A program made the position numbers and the translations under genes. This document shows positions 1-14,399 of a stretch of DNA of 64,000 nucleotides, one piece after another (position 1 is the first letter of the stretch; each line of letters begins with the position of its first letter). Source of the stretch: Paraspadella gotoi (lineage: Eukaryota; Animalia; Chaetognatha); NCBI GenBank assembly GCA_051294375.1, contig CM119263.1:10222620-10286619 (forward strand). Direction: 5' to 3'. The notes beneath the pieces were generated by a model. It saw nothing but the letters and a program-made list of their open reading frames with translations. It did not search any database and was not told the origin of the DNA.

Positions 1-1047
1 GCGCTAACCTTCGCGTTTCCTGGCAGATAAAAAAAAAGGAAAAGGAAGGGAAGGAAAGATAAGGAAGGGAATTAAAAAGAAATAAATGACAGTGGAAAGA
101 GAGAGGGGAGAAAAGAAGGGTCTCTGGGGAGGGAGACGGGGAGAGAGAGAGAGAGATGAGAGCAGAGAGAGAGAGAAGAGAGAGAGACGTAGAGAAGAGG
201 AGAAGAGAGAGAGAGAGAGAGAGAGGAAGAGAGAGAGAGAGAGAGAGACGAGAGAGTAGGAGAGATGAGAGGGAAAAATCGTCTCTTCAAATCAAGAAAT
301 TCCGAATTCTTCAACGAGGAATGGATATTGCTATTCTTTTTCCTCTCTCACTCATCTTACATTCTTCATTCTTCTCCTTGAGATGAGGGTGAGAGAGGAG
401 GAGAGCAGAGAGAGAGAGAGAGGGAGAGAAGATGTAGTAGAAGGAGAGAGAGAGGAGAGAGAGGAGAGGAGAGGAGAGAGGGAGGGGAGAGAGAGAGAGA
501 GAGAAACCGCTGGAGAGAAAGAGAGTCAATACATCTTTATCTCCCTTTTTTACTTCTAAAAAATCTGGAAATATGATCTTATTTGTTTGATATTTTATTA
601 GATAATATATAACTATTCTGTATTCCAATCGATTTCACAAATTGCCAAAATGGTGAGGTCATTATTGGATCGAGCTTGGAAATTACGGGGTTCATGGGTC
701 AATTGCCATTAATTGGAGTTGTTTGGTGAGGTTTGGCTCGAATTAAATCTCGAAAAGGAATGTGCTTCTGTATTTTCCGTTCGATAAAACTAACGAACAT
801 GTTGGTTTTTTGTAATATAAACGAGATTCGTTTTTAAACAATTCAATTTAATCCATTCCATCGCGGTTTTAATACTGTCACGAGAAAACTCGCTTTGTTT
901 TATTGGGATCGAACTAATTTAATTTTATCAAATTCTTTTCAGACGGACGTCACAATTCTCGGTCATTTCAAACGAGAGTGGAAACTTCACTTGAATTTGA
1001 ATTAAAGAGTTGGGAAGGAATTAATGGAAAAGTTCTGAGCTCAAGAG

Positions 1048-1084
<37 letters not shown>

Positions 1085-1904
1085 TTGAGGAAAACGACTG
1101 CGGGGACAAAAGACGATGGCGACGAAGTCAGCGACCTATAAGACAACCAGGCCAACAGAAAACGACAATGAAAGACGACGACATGGCGATTAAAAGCAAC
1201 GGCACAGATAATGACCCCGCTCTCAATGTTGATATTTAGGTGGACTTTTGTGACCGCAACAACAATAACGACAATGAGACCGACAACAACAACATCGTCG
1301 CCATCGTGCGACAGAAAAAGCGAATGACGCGAGGCTTTTGACGTCGATGTCGTCAACGACCTCCGTGCGACGAAGCGTGACTGTGGACGCTACGACCGAG
1401 ACGCCTGACGCCTGACGACTGGCGAGACTTTCTTTTGCTATTGTGAGATTAGGCGGGAGCGATTTAGAGCGATGAGTTGCATTTGTTAAGAGCGATCGAG
1501 TGGGATAAGTAAAATTAAGCAAAAGCGATTGGGAGAGGCTTAAGTCTCAGGCGTAATTAAAAATTAAAACTTGAAAGTGATTGAGAGCAACAAATGTTTT
1601 TTTTGGTTTTAAGTGATGAAAATGTTTCGCGGCGATTGTTAGCGATTACTTTATGGAGTGAAGCGAGAGCGTCGACCATAATTGCAATCTAGATTAAAAG
1701 GGGCGGTTCGAATGAAATAAAATTTAATGGTTTTTTAAATATTTATCGTTGATTCGCAGAAATAATAAAATGACTAGCGAAAAACCCAAAGTAAAGAGGA
1801 ATATATTTATGTACGAACGCAAAACAAAGAAAGGGAAAAAGAAATGAGACAAAAAGATAAAAAAAGTCATTGACAATCGATTCACAATTAAGTCGCAATC
1901 GATT

Positions 1905-1956
1905 CGTTGTTTCTGAAGGGGAAACAAATTAATTCTAACGGAAGAACTTGCGTCGG
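1905..1956 (+). other. Possible damaged exon fragment resembling the end of an EGF-like repeat
   Basis: Translates as ..GKQINSNGRTCV, resembling the C-x-x-G-x-x-L-x-x-D-G-x-T-C end of EGF repeats. The upstream Cys needs a frameshift and there is no clean GT donor. A Thr-rich/Cys-containing stretch at about 1040-1500 may belong to the same gene. Confidence 0.2.
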
Positions 1957-2073
1957 GAAATTCTCTGACTCAAAGCACTTGCACTCTTTCTCTCTTTCTT
2001 TCTTTCTTTCCTTCTTTCTTTCTTTTTTTCTTTCTATCTTTCCTTCTTTCTTTCTTTTTTTTCTTTCTTTCGT

Positions 2074-2124
<51 letters not shown>

Positions 2125-2998
2125 CTCTCTTTCTCCCCCCTTTTTCTATGTCTTTATTTTTTATATTTCTTTTTGTTTCTTTCTCCCCATCCTTTTTTAC
2201 AACCGCCATGAAACATCGAGGGACTTAAACCCAAACTGAGAAGATTTATGTTTCGACTTTCGCCGCGAAGAGACGCCACGGTCGCCCCGGGCGTCACCAG
2301 TGGAAACAAAACGACAAGGGACGAGAGCAACGACGTCAACTTATTCTGTCAGCAACGATGGAAACCAAAACAAAATAACAAAACAAGAATGAGAAAAAAC
2401 AAAGACTACGAATTAAAAAAATGTTTCTTAAGCGAAACGAATTGAAAAGTGAAACGCAATAAACACAGAAATAAACCAGAAATCTAGACGAATAAGTTTA
2501 TTTTATGTTTTATAAATTACTCAATGCCTTACTTAAAAATTTCAACGAGAACAAATAAAAAAAAGAGCATTGGCAAAAGAGCAAACTAAATAGAAACAGT
2601 TCCGCTAAGAAAGGAAACCAAAAATCTGAGAAAGAATGTTAAGAAGATGTTCCTTTCTGCATGATGCTCCTGCTGCTGATGATGATGATGATGATGATGA
2701 TAAAGACGAGGAAGTTGCCTTATTGGCTTACTTTGCTAATGATTACGGAGAAAAGCTACTTAACAAAACACTAAATTAATTTAAAATTAGTTAATTCCCT
2801 TTAAAATTTTCGCCTAATGAAGTTGAACAGGGGCGACTCGCTCTCATCAGAAAAAACAACAAAGAGAGAAAGAAAAACAAAGAATGAGAGTGAGAGAGAG
2901 AGTGAGAGGAAGGGGAAAGAGAGGAAGCGTATTAGCGAACATCGATTAGGCAACAATTTCTTCCTCTAGCCTTTTGCTTTTGTAGTTATGCAAATAGA

Positions 2999-3077
<79 letters not shown>

Positions 3078-3176
3078 TTTTTTTCGCCAATGCCTATTGA
3101 CAGCGCCATTAGAGTTTTCCCTCACGTTCGTCTCCAATCGAATTTTTTCTTCGACTGAAACGAAAAGATTGTTTTT

Positions 3177-3303
3177 GTCTCTTCAACTGATATAATGATA
3201 TAATGATAATGATAATGATAATGATAATCAGCTTAAGAAAAATGTTTAATGTCTTCAACTGATATAATGATATAATGATAATCAGCTTAAGAAAAATGTT
3301 TAA
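3177..3303. repeat. Short tandem duplication (2 copies) containing (GATAAT)n
   Basis: tgtcttcaactgatataatgatataatgataat...cagcttaagaaaaatgtttaa occurs twice in a row, differing in GATAAT copy number. Confidence 0.85.
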
Positions 3304-3587
3304 TTATTTGGAATCACACGCTGCTTTCTTCGTACGAACTTTCTTTTCTGTTCTTTCTTTCAGTGAACCCAAAGGAAATCGAAATGAGAGAAAAGAAATT
3401 ATTTAAAAGAACGAAAGAAAGAGAAAAAGAAGAGAGATAAAAAGACAGAAAGACAGAAAAAAAATAAAGAAGAGAAAGAAACAAAGAAACAAAGAAAGAA
3501 AGAAATAAGAAAAATACAATCGAGAGATTGAAATTAAAAGGTCGACGACATTGAATTTAATTCTCGCCGTCTGCGCCGTTCTCTCGG

Positions 3588-3654
<67 letters not shown>

Positions 3655-4669
3655 CTCTCTCTCTCTCTCTCTCTCATCTCCTTCTTCTCTCTCGCGTTCA
3701 CTTCAACAGAGATAGAGCGCCAACTCATGCCACCTCAATCTTGCCACGCCCACTTAATCTGCAGCCATCTTTCAATATCTCATCCCAATCGTCTTCATTC
3801 TACCTTTTTAATTTAAGGATGTCTCACTTCTCTAACGTAAGTCTCCCGTCAGTCTCGCGTCACTTTAAAGTCACGCTGACATCACGCTAGCGTCAGTCTC
3901 CTCCAGGCGACTCTCTTATAGGCGAAAGGATCAACGACCTCGAAAATAAACTCGAGCAAATATTTTTTCCCCCTTTTCTTAATTCTTATGATGACGCTTT
4001 TTATCTAATACTTTATTTCTCAACTTTTCAAAAATCTCCTTTGTTCATTTTTCTAATTTCAGCGAAAGAGAGACAGATAGTCAACGATAGAGAGAGAGNN
4101 NNNNNNNNNNNNNNNNNNNNNNNNNNNNNNNNNNNNNNNNNNNNNNNNNNNNNNNNNNNNNNNNNNNNNNNNNNNNNNNNNNNNNNNNNNNNNNNNNNNN
4201 NNNNNNNNNNNNNNNNNNNNNNNNNNNNNNNNNNNNNNNNNNNNNNNNNNNNNNNNNNNNNNNNNNNNNNNNNNNNNNNNNNNNNNNNNNNNNNNNNNNN
4301 NNNNNNNNNNNNNNNNNNNNNNNNNNNNNNNNNNNNNNNNNNNNNNNNNNNNNNNNNNNNNNNNNNNNNNNNNNNNNNNNNNNNNNNNNNNNNNNNNNNN
4401 NNNNNNNNNNNNNNNNTGTGACGTTTTTCGTCACATACAGATAGAGATAAATGTTGTCATTAAGTCGAGAGTGAGAGACTGAGCGAGAAAAAGGAAGAAA
4501 GAAAAACTCATTCCCGGTAAGCCATGAAAAATTCATAAGCCGCTCCAAGACGGTAAGAGAGAGAGAAAGAGTAAAGAGAGAAAGGAAAGAAAAGAGAAGA
4601 AAGAGGTGAAGAAGATAAGAAACGAAAGAAAGAAGAAAAATAGCGCGAGAGTATGAAGCCTAAACGAGA

Positions 4670-7600
4670 GCAAAGAAAGAAAGAAAGAGAGAAAGAAAGA
4701 CGGAAAGAAGGGAAGAAGAAAGAAGGAGAAGAAAACGACAAAGATTGTCAAACTTCCCCCCAACTCCCCTTCTTCCTCCTCTGCTATTACGTTCCCAGCT
4801 CACGTGCTTTTCTGTTTTCCTCGACCGGAGAAAAGTGTGAGAGAAAAAGCAAAATCGAAAAAAAGTAAAAAAAAATAAGAAGAAGAAGACGAAGAAAGAA
4901 GAAGAAGTGGAAGAAGAAGAAGAAGAAGAAGGAAGAAGAGAAGAAGAAGAAGAAAGAAGAACGAAGACTAGCAAAGGAGAGGAGATTTTTAAGAATTCAA
5001 GTCTCGGTTCGGGAGCAGAGTCTCTCAAAATTTAATTTTCTTCCAATTTCGTCAGTTGGTGAATTTCTATGTTATGTAGTAATGCATTAATATAGATGGC
5101 ATAAGTAGATGGCAATAAATGACTAAAAGTTTTGATGTCGAATTATCATTCGCTGTTGACTTTGTGAATCTTTTGGTCGCCGTATCTGGTTGTACAAAAT
5201 TTGTTTGTCTTTTCATTAATCTTATATATCATTGTAGCTTATGATATGCGGTTCAGTTTTTCCTTTTTTTTTTGCTATTTCTTTTGGGAAAAGCGTTTAA
5301 ATCAGACTCTCGGAAAAGAATAGATTACAAAGACAGATTTGAATGGCAAAATGCCGGCTCGGCAACCGCAGCGCCGCCCGGAAGGCCGTGACGGCAGCCG
5401 CGAGCCGTTTGCGGCCACCGTTGCCGGTATCTGCCGCAGACCGCCGAGCGGCCGAAAAGGACGTAGGAGAAGGAGAAGCATTCCGCAGTTTTGAATTCTA
5501 TTAACACCTTAGTAAAAGGCAGTATATAAAAACACTAAACAATTTCTCTCTCTCTCTCTCTCTCCTCTCTCTTCTCTCTTCTCTCTCTCTCTCTCTGAGG
5601 CATTATACTGAACTTGTGCGCGGACCCAATTTCTGGTCACTCTATTGTTTCCGAGCTGCCGGCTATGTGTTTTGCCTCGGTCCGGCGGCTCACGGTCCGC
5701 GGACCCGCTCGCCGAGACCTTGACCCGACGGCGTCATTGCTCGTTCTCTTCTCTTCTCTTCTCTTCCCGGAGTCCCCCGCGGAATTCCGAGACATCAATA
5801 CGGTGATGCGATCCGGGACAGGGAATTTCCGCCCGATTTGATGCTAATTTTAAAGAGTTAAAAAAATATAGTTTGTATCATATTTGTATTGAACTAAGTT
5901 CGCTGAGAGGGTGCGCTGTCGGTTGTGACAAACTAACTTTCAAAAGGGCTAGATTAATTTGAAATTTTTTTTTTAAAAGTCATTCTTGATTGGTTAAAAC
6001 CAAGACCCACAACTAAAATAATTTTTTTGTGTTTGCCAAAACCTATTTCCTTTAAGATGAGGTTAATGTTTCTAAAATATTTTTATTAAGAGATGAATTA
6101 AGACAAGATAATCTTAATTTTTTTGCTGCTTTGTCTCATTAAGCGCAGTTATGTACAAAAACTTAAAAAAGGATTAACCAATTACATTTGATACAATGTA
6201 CAAATTAAAAAATACATTTTAAATATAATGAGCATAAATATTTGCGAAAACGCCATAAAGGAGGGGAAAAATCCACATACAATTTACTGACATATTCGAG
6301 GGAATTGAGGCGGAAGGTAGAGTTTTTTAAAACACATAACATTTATGTATTTTCCACGCAGTTTTAAGGGGCCATCCATCACTTTACAAGATAATGGACC
6401 ATAGCAAGGTCCCTGCAAGCTTTCAATCAAGACTTCTCTCACAGTCTTCGTTTGATTCACTCCAGAGGTACCTGGGGCTTCCCTATCACGATGAATGGGT
6501 ATAAGTATTTCATAGCGAATGTGTTCAATTGTATGCTGTTTGTGTGTCGGGGTGAGACGAAAGAGAGAGATAGAGTTTTTGGGCTTCCGGCGAGGTTTAA
6601 TTGAGAAAAGGACAGCCTCAGGTCATTTTACATGGAAGTTGAGAGAGAATTAAAAAAGTTTTAGTGATCAAAATATTATTTTTCAAGTACCTGCTTTTGT
6701 TACACCGACATAAACATCGATGTCTTTAATTTCATTATTGACAATGGTTTTATTCTATCGCATTGTAGCTGAGGGTGAAATTGTTTGCGTCGCACTCCAA
6801 CTTTTTTTTGTCAGAGCCGAAAGGATAGAGTGGATGGGCAGTCGAAACAAACGCCATGGAAAAGGATGCCAAATCAGGCGATCTCGTACGGGCAATTTTT
6901 AAGCCTGATGCCAGCTTTCTCGGACTGTCTTTCTCTGTTTTACGTTGGAGCCAAGCCAAACACAAGTCCAACAGTAAGCCCAGCACGGTTTCACTTTGCA
7001 GAGTTATTCTGTGAGAAAATATTTTTTACATAATCTCCGATAAGCAGATCCGGCTAAAAATCAGAAATAGAAGTTATATCATAGTAAGTATCTTACTTCT
7101 TGCGTGTGTATCCCATTTCCAGAAGTCCTTCTTTCAGGAACACTGCTCGCCATAACGTTCTTGCCCTAGAAGCTTGGCGAAGGGGCTAGACGCAAGCTCA
7201 TGTTTTCTATGACCACACTCCGAGACATTATTTTCAAAATTTGGTGCATCAATAAAAAGTAACGCGCGACAAACAACTATTTAATCACGTTTTTGGGTGT
7301 CACTGCCATTTCGACTGAAGGTCTTGAATGTGATTGTTTTATTTGTTTTGAGAGACATTTTCTTGATTTTTCTATTAAAAGTTATTGTAAAAAATGAGAG
7401 GAGCAGTCGCCAGGGATAATAGAAGAATAAATTTTGGCAAAATGAGACCTTGTGATAATAATTATTGTTTGATCGAGAAAATATCCTCGTTTTCGGTTAA
7501 TGTTCGTTGTCTGTTGTTATTAATTCTTGTTCCAAAACAAAAAGGCAGCGATTCCGGGAGAGCGCACGACTCGCCCCTGCCGAGAAGGCCATATGCTCGT

Positions 7601-7885
7601 TCGTCGGTCACTTCGTTCCCGTCGCTCCATCCCGTCGTCGTGTGTATGGCCCCCCGGCTGCCAACAATTACAAAAATAAAGAAAAATAGCCCATCCCGTC
7701 GATCGAAACTGGTCCTCCGGACGGTCGTACCTATTGGATCGCGGATTTCTCCTGATCAGAGATAATTTGTCTCCGGATCGCGACGCCTTGAGTCCCGTGG
7801 GCGGCCGGCCAACAGATTGTGGCCGGCCGAAGGTGTCGCCTGCGGCCATGGTGAACCAAGAAGGTCGGTGGCCGGCACAGCCGAA
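4670..7885. repeat. Left arm of a large inverted repeat centred on the 25-N gap at 8019-8043
   Basis: Reverse complement of about 8046-11110 along its length (e.g. 4785 attacgttccc vs 10997 gggaacgtaat; 6710 cataaacatcgatgtcttt vs 9189 aaagacatcgatgtttatg). Differences are mostly small indels. Confidence 0.9.
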
Positions 7886-8045
7886 TGGCATTGCACGTCG
7901 CCGGACAGAATCCCGAGTGATAAACCCGATGCTCGTCTGCTTGTCGTCGTCTCTCTCTCCTCTTCTCGTCGCTCCGTCTGCTCTCTCGTCCTCTCCTCTC
8001 TCTGCCCGCCTTCTCTGCNNNNNNNNNNNNNNNNNNNNNNNNNAT

Positions 8046-10215
8046 GGTGTCCGGCCACCGAGCCTTTTGTTCACCATGGCCGGACCACTTCGGCCGGCCA
8101 ATCTTTGCCGCCGGGACTCAAGGTCGCGGATCGGGAGAAATTATCTCTGATCAGGAGAAATCCGCGGATCAATAGGACGACGTCCGGAGACAGTGATCGC
8201 GGATGGCTATTTTTTTTTGTATTGTTGACCCCAACAACGACGACGATGACGAGACGACGACGATGACGACGAGAGCATATGGTTTCAGTCGATCGTTCCG
8301 AATGCTCTTTTTTGAAACAAGATTAATAACAAACAACACAACAACATTAACGAAACAGATATTTTTTCGATCAAACAATAATTATTTTTTACACAGGCTC
8401 ATTTTCCAAATTTATTTCTTATTATTGGATCTCCTCTCATTTTTACAATAAAAATTTTTAATGAAAATCAAAAATGTCTCAAACAAATAAAAAAATCATT
8501 CAAGACATCAGTCGAATGGCAGTGAACCACAGTGATAATGTTTTTGTCGGCTTACTTATTATCAATTTGGAAAATAATGTTGCAATTATCGACGTGATTC
8601 ATCATTAAAAAATGTTTTTTTTGAAACTCTAAAAATTATTCTCTCCTGGAAAAAATGCTACCAAAAATAAACTAAGATAATCGATAAGCAACTGAAGGAA
8701 TGAAATGTTTTCTTCCGCGACTACCTTTGGGTGGTATAGAAAACATGAGTTGGTCTACCCTTGAAGCTTACTGGGCAAAAGTTATGCGAGCAGTGTTACC
8801 GAAAGAACTTCTGGAATGGGATACGACACGCAGAAGTAAGTACTTAACTATGAATAAACTTTCTATTCTGATTTTTAGCCGGATCTGCTTATCGGAGAAT
8901 TTATGTAAAAATATTTCTCACTGAAAATCTGCAAATAAACCATGCTGGCTTCCTGTGGATTGTGTTTGGGCTGGTCCAAGTAAAAGAAAGACAGTCGAGA
9001 AGCGCTGGCATCAGGCTTAGAAAATTGGCCCGTAGAAAATTCGACCTGATTTGGCCATCCTTTCATGGCGTTTGTTTGCATGCCCATCATCTCATCCTTG
9101 CTTGGCTCTGACAAAAAAAGTTGGTAGTGCGAGAAATTATTTACATCCAGCTACAATCATAGATAAAACCATTGTCAATAATGAAATTAAAGACATCGAT
9201 GTTTATGTCGGTGTAACAAACAGGTACTTGAAAAATAATATTTGGATCACTAAAACTTTTTAAATTCTCTCTCAACTTATGTAAATGACCTGAGGCTGTC
9301 CTTTTCTCAATTAACTGCCGGAAGCCCAAAACTCTATCTCTCTCTTTCTGCTCTCACACACACACACACAGACAATTGAAACATATTCCTTGAAATATTA
9401 TACCCACTTCATTGATAGGGAAGCCAGGTACTCTGGAGTGAATAAACGAGACTGTGAGAGAGTCTTGATTGAAAGCTTGCAGGCGCTTGCTTATGTCATT
9501 ATCTTGTAAGAGTGATGGAGGCCTTACAAAACTGCTGTCGTGAACAATAATAACAATGTTTATGTGTTTTAAAAATAAACTTCGCTCAATTCCTGAATAT
9601 TGTCAGTAAAGTTGTATGTTTAATTTTTCCCCCTTTTTGCGTTTTCGCAATATTTATGTCATTTATATTTAAAATGTATTTTTTATTTGTACATTGTATA
9701 AATGTAATTGTTAATTTTTTTAAAGTTTTGTACAACTGGCTTAATAGACAAGAGAAAAAAATTAAGATTTTGTTTATTCATTCTTAATAAAAATATTTTA
9801 GAACATTACCTCTTAAAGGAAATAGGTTTTGGCAAACACAAAAAAATTATTTAGTTTGTGGGTTGGTTTTACCAATAAGATGATTTTTAAAAAATTTCAA
9901 TTAATTAGCCTTTGAAAGTTAGTTGTCAACGACAGCCACCTCTACGAACTTAGTTCAATACAAATATGATAAAATATATTTTTAATCTTTAAATTAGCAT
10001 CAAATCGGGGAAATTCCTGTCCCGGATCGCTCCCTATTGATGTCCGGATTCCGCGGGGATCCGGGAAGAGAAGAGAAGAGAAGAGAAGAGAATGACCCGT
10101 CGGGGTCAGGTTCGGGACGGGTCCGCGACCTGAGCCGCGGACCGAGGAAAACAATAGCCGGCAGCCGGAAAACAATAGAGTGACCGAAATTGGGTCCGCA
10201 AAGTTCAAGTATATG

Positions 10216-10309
<94 letters not shown>

Positions 10310-10894
10310 TGTTTAGTGATTTTTATATACATGCCTTTTATAAGGTGTTAATAATTCAAAATGCGAATCTCTCCTTCTCTATCTTTTCGCCGTCGGCGTC
10401 TGCGGCAGATACGGCAACGGTGGCCGCAACGGCTGCGGCTGCCGTCACGGCTTCGGCGGCGGCTGCGGTTGCGGCGGCCATTTTCATTAAATCTGCTTTG
10501 TAATCTATTTTTTCCGAGAGTTGATTAAACGCTTTTCCCAAAAAGAAATGCAAAAAAAAAAAAGGAAAAATCTGACGCATATATAAGTCAATGATATATA
10601 AGATTAATGAAAAGACAAACAAATTTGTAAACAGATAGCGACCAAAAGATTCACAAGTCAACAGCCTGATAATTCGACATCAAACTTTTAGTCATTTATG
10701 CCATCTACTTATGCCATCTATTTATGCCATCTACTACACCATAGAAATTCACCACTGACGAAATTGGAAGAAAATTAAATTTTGAGAGACTCTGCTCCGA
10801 CGAGCCTTGAATTCTTAAAATCTCACTCTCCTTTCTTAGTCTTCTTCTTCTTCTTCTTCTTCTTCTTCTTCTTCTTCTTCTTCTTCTTCTTCTT

Positions 10895-10925
<31 letters not shown>

Positions 10926-11110
10926 TTTTTTTTTTACTTTTTTTGATTTTCTTTTCTCACTTTTCTCGGTCGAGGAAACAGAAAAGGCACGTGAGTGGGA
11001 ACGTAATAAGAGAGAAGCAAGGGGAGTTGGGAGTTTGACATCTTTTCTTTTCTTCTCCTTCTTTCCTTCTTCCCTTCTTTCCTTCTTTCTTTCTCTCTTT
11101 CTTTCTTTCT
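8046..11110. repeat. Right arm of the large inverted repeat
   Basis: Reverse complement of 4670-7885. Carries about 145 bp (about 8580-8725) that is absent from the left arm. Confidence 0.9.
8700..9263 (+). other. Unidentified coding-like remnant with a GTAAGT donor (mirrored at about 6660-7210 on the - strand)
   Basis: Non-repetitive, protein-like translation (SWSTLEAYWAKVMRAVLPKELLEWDTTRR then gtaagt; later IIDKTIVNNEIKDIDVYVGV). Frameshifted; no family recognised. Confidence 0.25.
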
Positions 11111-11115
11111 TTCTC

Positions 11116-11214
<99 letters not shown>

Positions 11215-11227
11215 CTCTTTCACTCAC

Positions 11228-11952
11228 CCGAAATCAAAATGGCGGCGACGATGAAGAAGACGACGACGAAGAGCGAAGATCCGACGCCGAGTTTTTTATG
11301 AGCACAAGAGGAACGAATCGGTGCCGGATTGGACCACGCCGCCGCGGCGTCGCGAGTTTTCATTTTTGATTTTTCGACGCCGAAATCCGCGTCTCTCGGA
11401 CGACCGGCGTCCATCAACGGGCGGCGTCTCTCGACGCGAAGCGCGGCGTCGATCGATGACGCGGCAACGACGCCACGTCGACGACGACGACGTCCGCGAC
11501 GAAATCGGAGATCGAGCGTTTGGCGGGAAGATGAACCCGGGAGAGGGCGCGTCGAAAGGGGGCGTGTCGAGGAAAAGCGCCTGGGTTGAGAGGACGCAGG
11601 GGGAGACGAAGACGGCGCCGACGACGCCGACGACGCCGCGAGTTTATCTTCGTTTCCAAAGATGAAGAGTTCGAGATCGAGAAGATGAGATATTTCCGGC
11701 GAAGTTTCCGGCGGCGAGGATTCCGCCGGATCGATCTCGACCGATTCGGCGGCGTCAATCTCTGCGGAGACGGAATCCGCGTCGGCGAAAGAGTTTAATC
11801 GATTCCATTCGCCGGCGTTTTTCTCTTTGTCGTTGTTGTCGCGGTCGTCGTTACACTGGTTGACGACATTGTTTTTGGTGAGAGCCTCGTTTTCGGCCCC
11901 GTTGAATCTGGATATCCGCAGAAAGGAATTCTTCATGTTTAGAGTCGAGTTT
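11228..11952 (-). CDS. Putative exon: disordered Ser/Arg/Asp-rich region ending in a hydrophobic TM or signal segment
   Basis: 238-aa non-microsatellite open frame. Polypyrimidine ..ttctcag acceptor before 11952; consensus G|GTGAGT donor after 11228, immediately following LGVGSSLFVVVFFIVAAILIS. Confidence 0.55.
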
Positions 11953-13554
11953 CTGAGAAAGAAAAAAAAGAGGAAATTTTGTTTAATTTTTGCAATAAAG
12001 TTTTGCGGAGAAACTAAAGAAAAAAAAAAGATGATAAAATTCAGTAAAAATGATTTAAAAAAAAAAGTTGGACAAAAGGAGAAACGAATGACCTTTGTTG
12101 GCGCCGAGGATGGAATGAAGGATGAGAGCGAAAAAAGAAGAAAGAAAATGAAAAGAAAAAAAAAGAAAGAAAGAGAAGAAGACGAACGATATTGTGTTTT
12201 GGTTTGATGAGTTCCATCATGGAATATTTGAGGCTGAGAGATTTGCTCTCTCTCTCGTCACCTCGTTTCTCCTCTCTTTCTCTCTTCTCCTACTCTCTCT
12301 CTCTCTTATCTCTCCTCTCTCTCCCTTACACTGACTATCTCTACTTCTCATCTTCGTTTCTCTTATCTCTATAACTGGCAAATGGCTACGGGCTGCGGTT
12401 TTGCTTATGAAAATCGAGGCAGTGAACTGTGGAATTCGGTTCAAAGCTTCACTGTTTCTAACGTGATATAAAGAATCTTTTGATTCATGTTAAACTTGTA
12501 TTGTGGCAGTTCGAATCTAATGTACATATAGACAGTTTAAAATAGCGTAGAAGGTTCATCAGGCATTAAACTTCATTTAAAATCCAGTCAATCTTGGCAA
12601 GTCGGAGCGTGGCGCCGTGGCGGACCTCAACCTGTGCGACGTTTGCAGATGCCGGGTCTTCGGTCGTGACGACCCCAAAGTCGGACCACGAACCCCACCC
12701 CTGCCTTTAAAGTCAAGACGAAGAATTGGGTTCAAGGGGCGGTTGGGGGGGGGGGGAGGCGGAAGATAAAAGGGTCATGGGGCAAATGAACCCAAGCCAA
12801 CTTCCTTTCCGTTTCCAAATTGGGACTTTGCCTAAAGGAGAATTGTTGCGAAGGAAGAAAAAGAGGGAGGAAGAGGGAGAAGAGGAGAGAACGAAGGAAG
12901 AGAAAGAGGAAGAGGAAAAAGGAGGAAAGGATGGAGAGAAGGAGGAAGAGAAAAAAGGAGGAAAGGATGGAGAGAAGGAGGAAGAGGGCGATGAAAGAGA
13001 GAAGCAGGAAAGGACGACGAATATAAAGAAAGGGAACAAGGTGCGAGAAATTTTTTTTTTTATTCAAATTCAAAGAAAAACTTGAGAAAAAAAAATCCTC
13101 CGAAAAACTGGGAAGTAAATCTTTCAAAAACATGAGGAAAACGTCGACCTTCAAAACGGAGAAAGACGGAGCAGGAAAAAGATAGAAAGAAGGAAGGAAA
13201 GAAGTGAAAAAAAGTAAGAGAAAGACAGAAAGAAGGGAAAACAAAAATCCAGAAAAGCAGTTAAGCTGTCAGATGGAAATACGAAAAAAAATATTAAGAA
13301 TAAAAACAAAAAGAGAGCAAAGAAAATTCGAATGAATACACGGAAAGTAGGAGCCAAAGAAAAGATGAGAAAGGTGGAAAGATGAATAGAAAGAAAGAAA
13401 GAAAAAAACGCTCGAAGGTGAAAGAAAGAAAAAAGGAAAGAAAGAAAGAAAGAAAGAAGACGCGTCGAGGCGGCGTCTCTCATTTTCTCTTTTCTGTTTT
13501 CACTCTCCGATTTTTCTTCCTTTCATCTTCTGTATTTTTTTCTTTAAAAAACAT

Positions 13555-13594
<40 letters not shown>

Positions 13595-13778
13595 CTCTTC
13601 CTCTCTCCTCTTCTTTCCTCGCCGTTCCTCGCCAACGAGTATCTCTGTAGAGGAAAAAAGGGCGTTGCATTTGTCAGGGTGGACGAACGGTGAATTGACA
13701 ATGAAACATCGGCGAAAAAGTAATGGAATATTACATCGCATTAGCGGAGTAAACACGGGGGAATATAAAGGAAGAAAT

Positions 13779-13809
<31 letters not shown>

Positions 13810-13822
13810 GAGAGGAGAGAGA

Positions 13823-13861
<39 letters not shown>

Positions 13862-14399
13862 AGAGAGATAAAGAGTTCCGGTTTGTTGTTGGGGCTGGAC
13901 GTCTTCTTATGTCTTAAGATCATCAACCCTATGAAAATATGGACTTAGTGAAAAAAGAAAAAAAAAGAAGAAAAAGAGATTTTAGGCGGAACTGAATGGT
14001 AAGAAAGACAGAAAGAAAGACAGAATGAAAGATTGAGTGAAACGGATTGGAAGTGACAGACAGAGATTATCTGATTAGGAAAAATCGGGTCTCGGTTCAT
14101 CGGTTTTTGCCGCCACTTGGATATTCTGTTCGAAATCTTTGCAGCATTTTTAGAATGGAGCGAATTGACTCGGCGGCCATCTGCAATTGTTAGACTAAAT
14201 GGAGAATCGACTAGGAAGGCTTTTCAATTGTATTTTAGATTTTTTTATGTATTTAATTATTGATCACTTAATTTTGTTAAAGCTGTAATTTTTGCAAAGT
14301 ATCGGATAAATTAATATAGTGGATATAGTATAAATTATATAAACTATAATTGTATAATGTATAATGAACTTTTCGATGCTCATTTATACGAGTAGGCGT

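Noticed and set aside
6860-6910. Tc1/mariner-like RSPDL motif on the - strand
   Set aside because: The mirrored copy at about 9020-9055 does not retain it, and there is no NPIE/DDE context.
12375-12712. Complex island between microsatellites, possible SINE or exon
   Set aside because: No A/B boxes, TSD, clear splice pair or recognisable translation.
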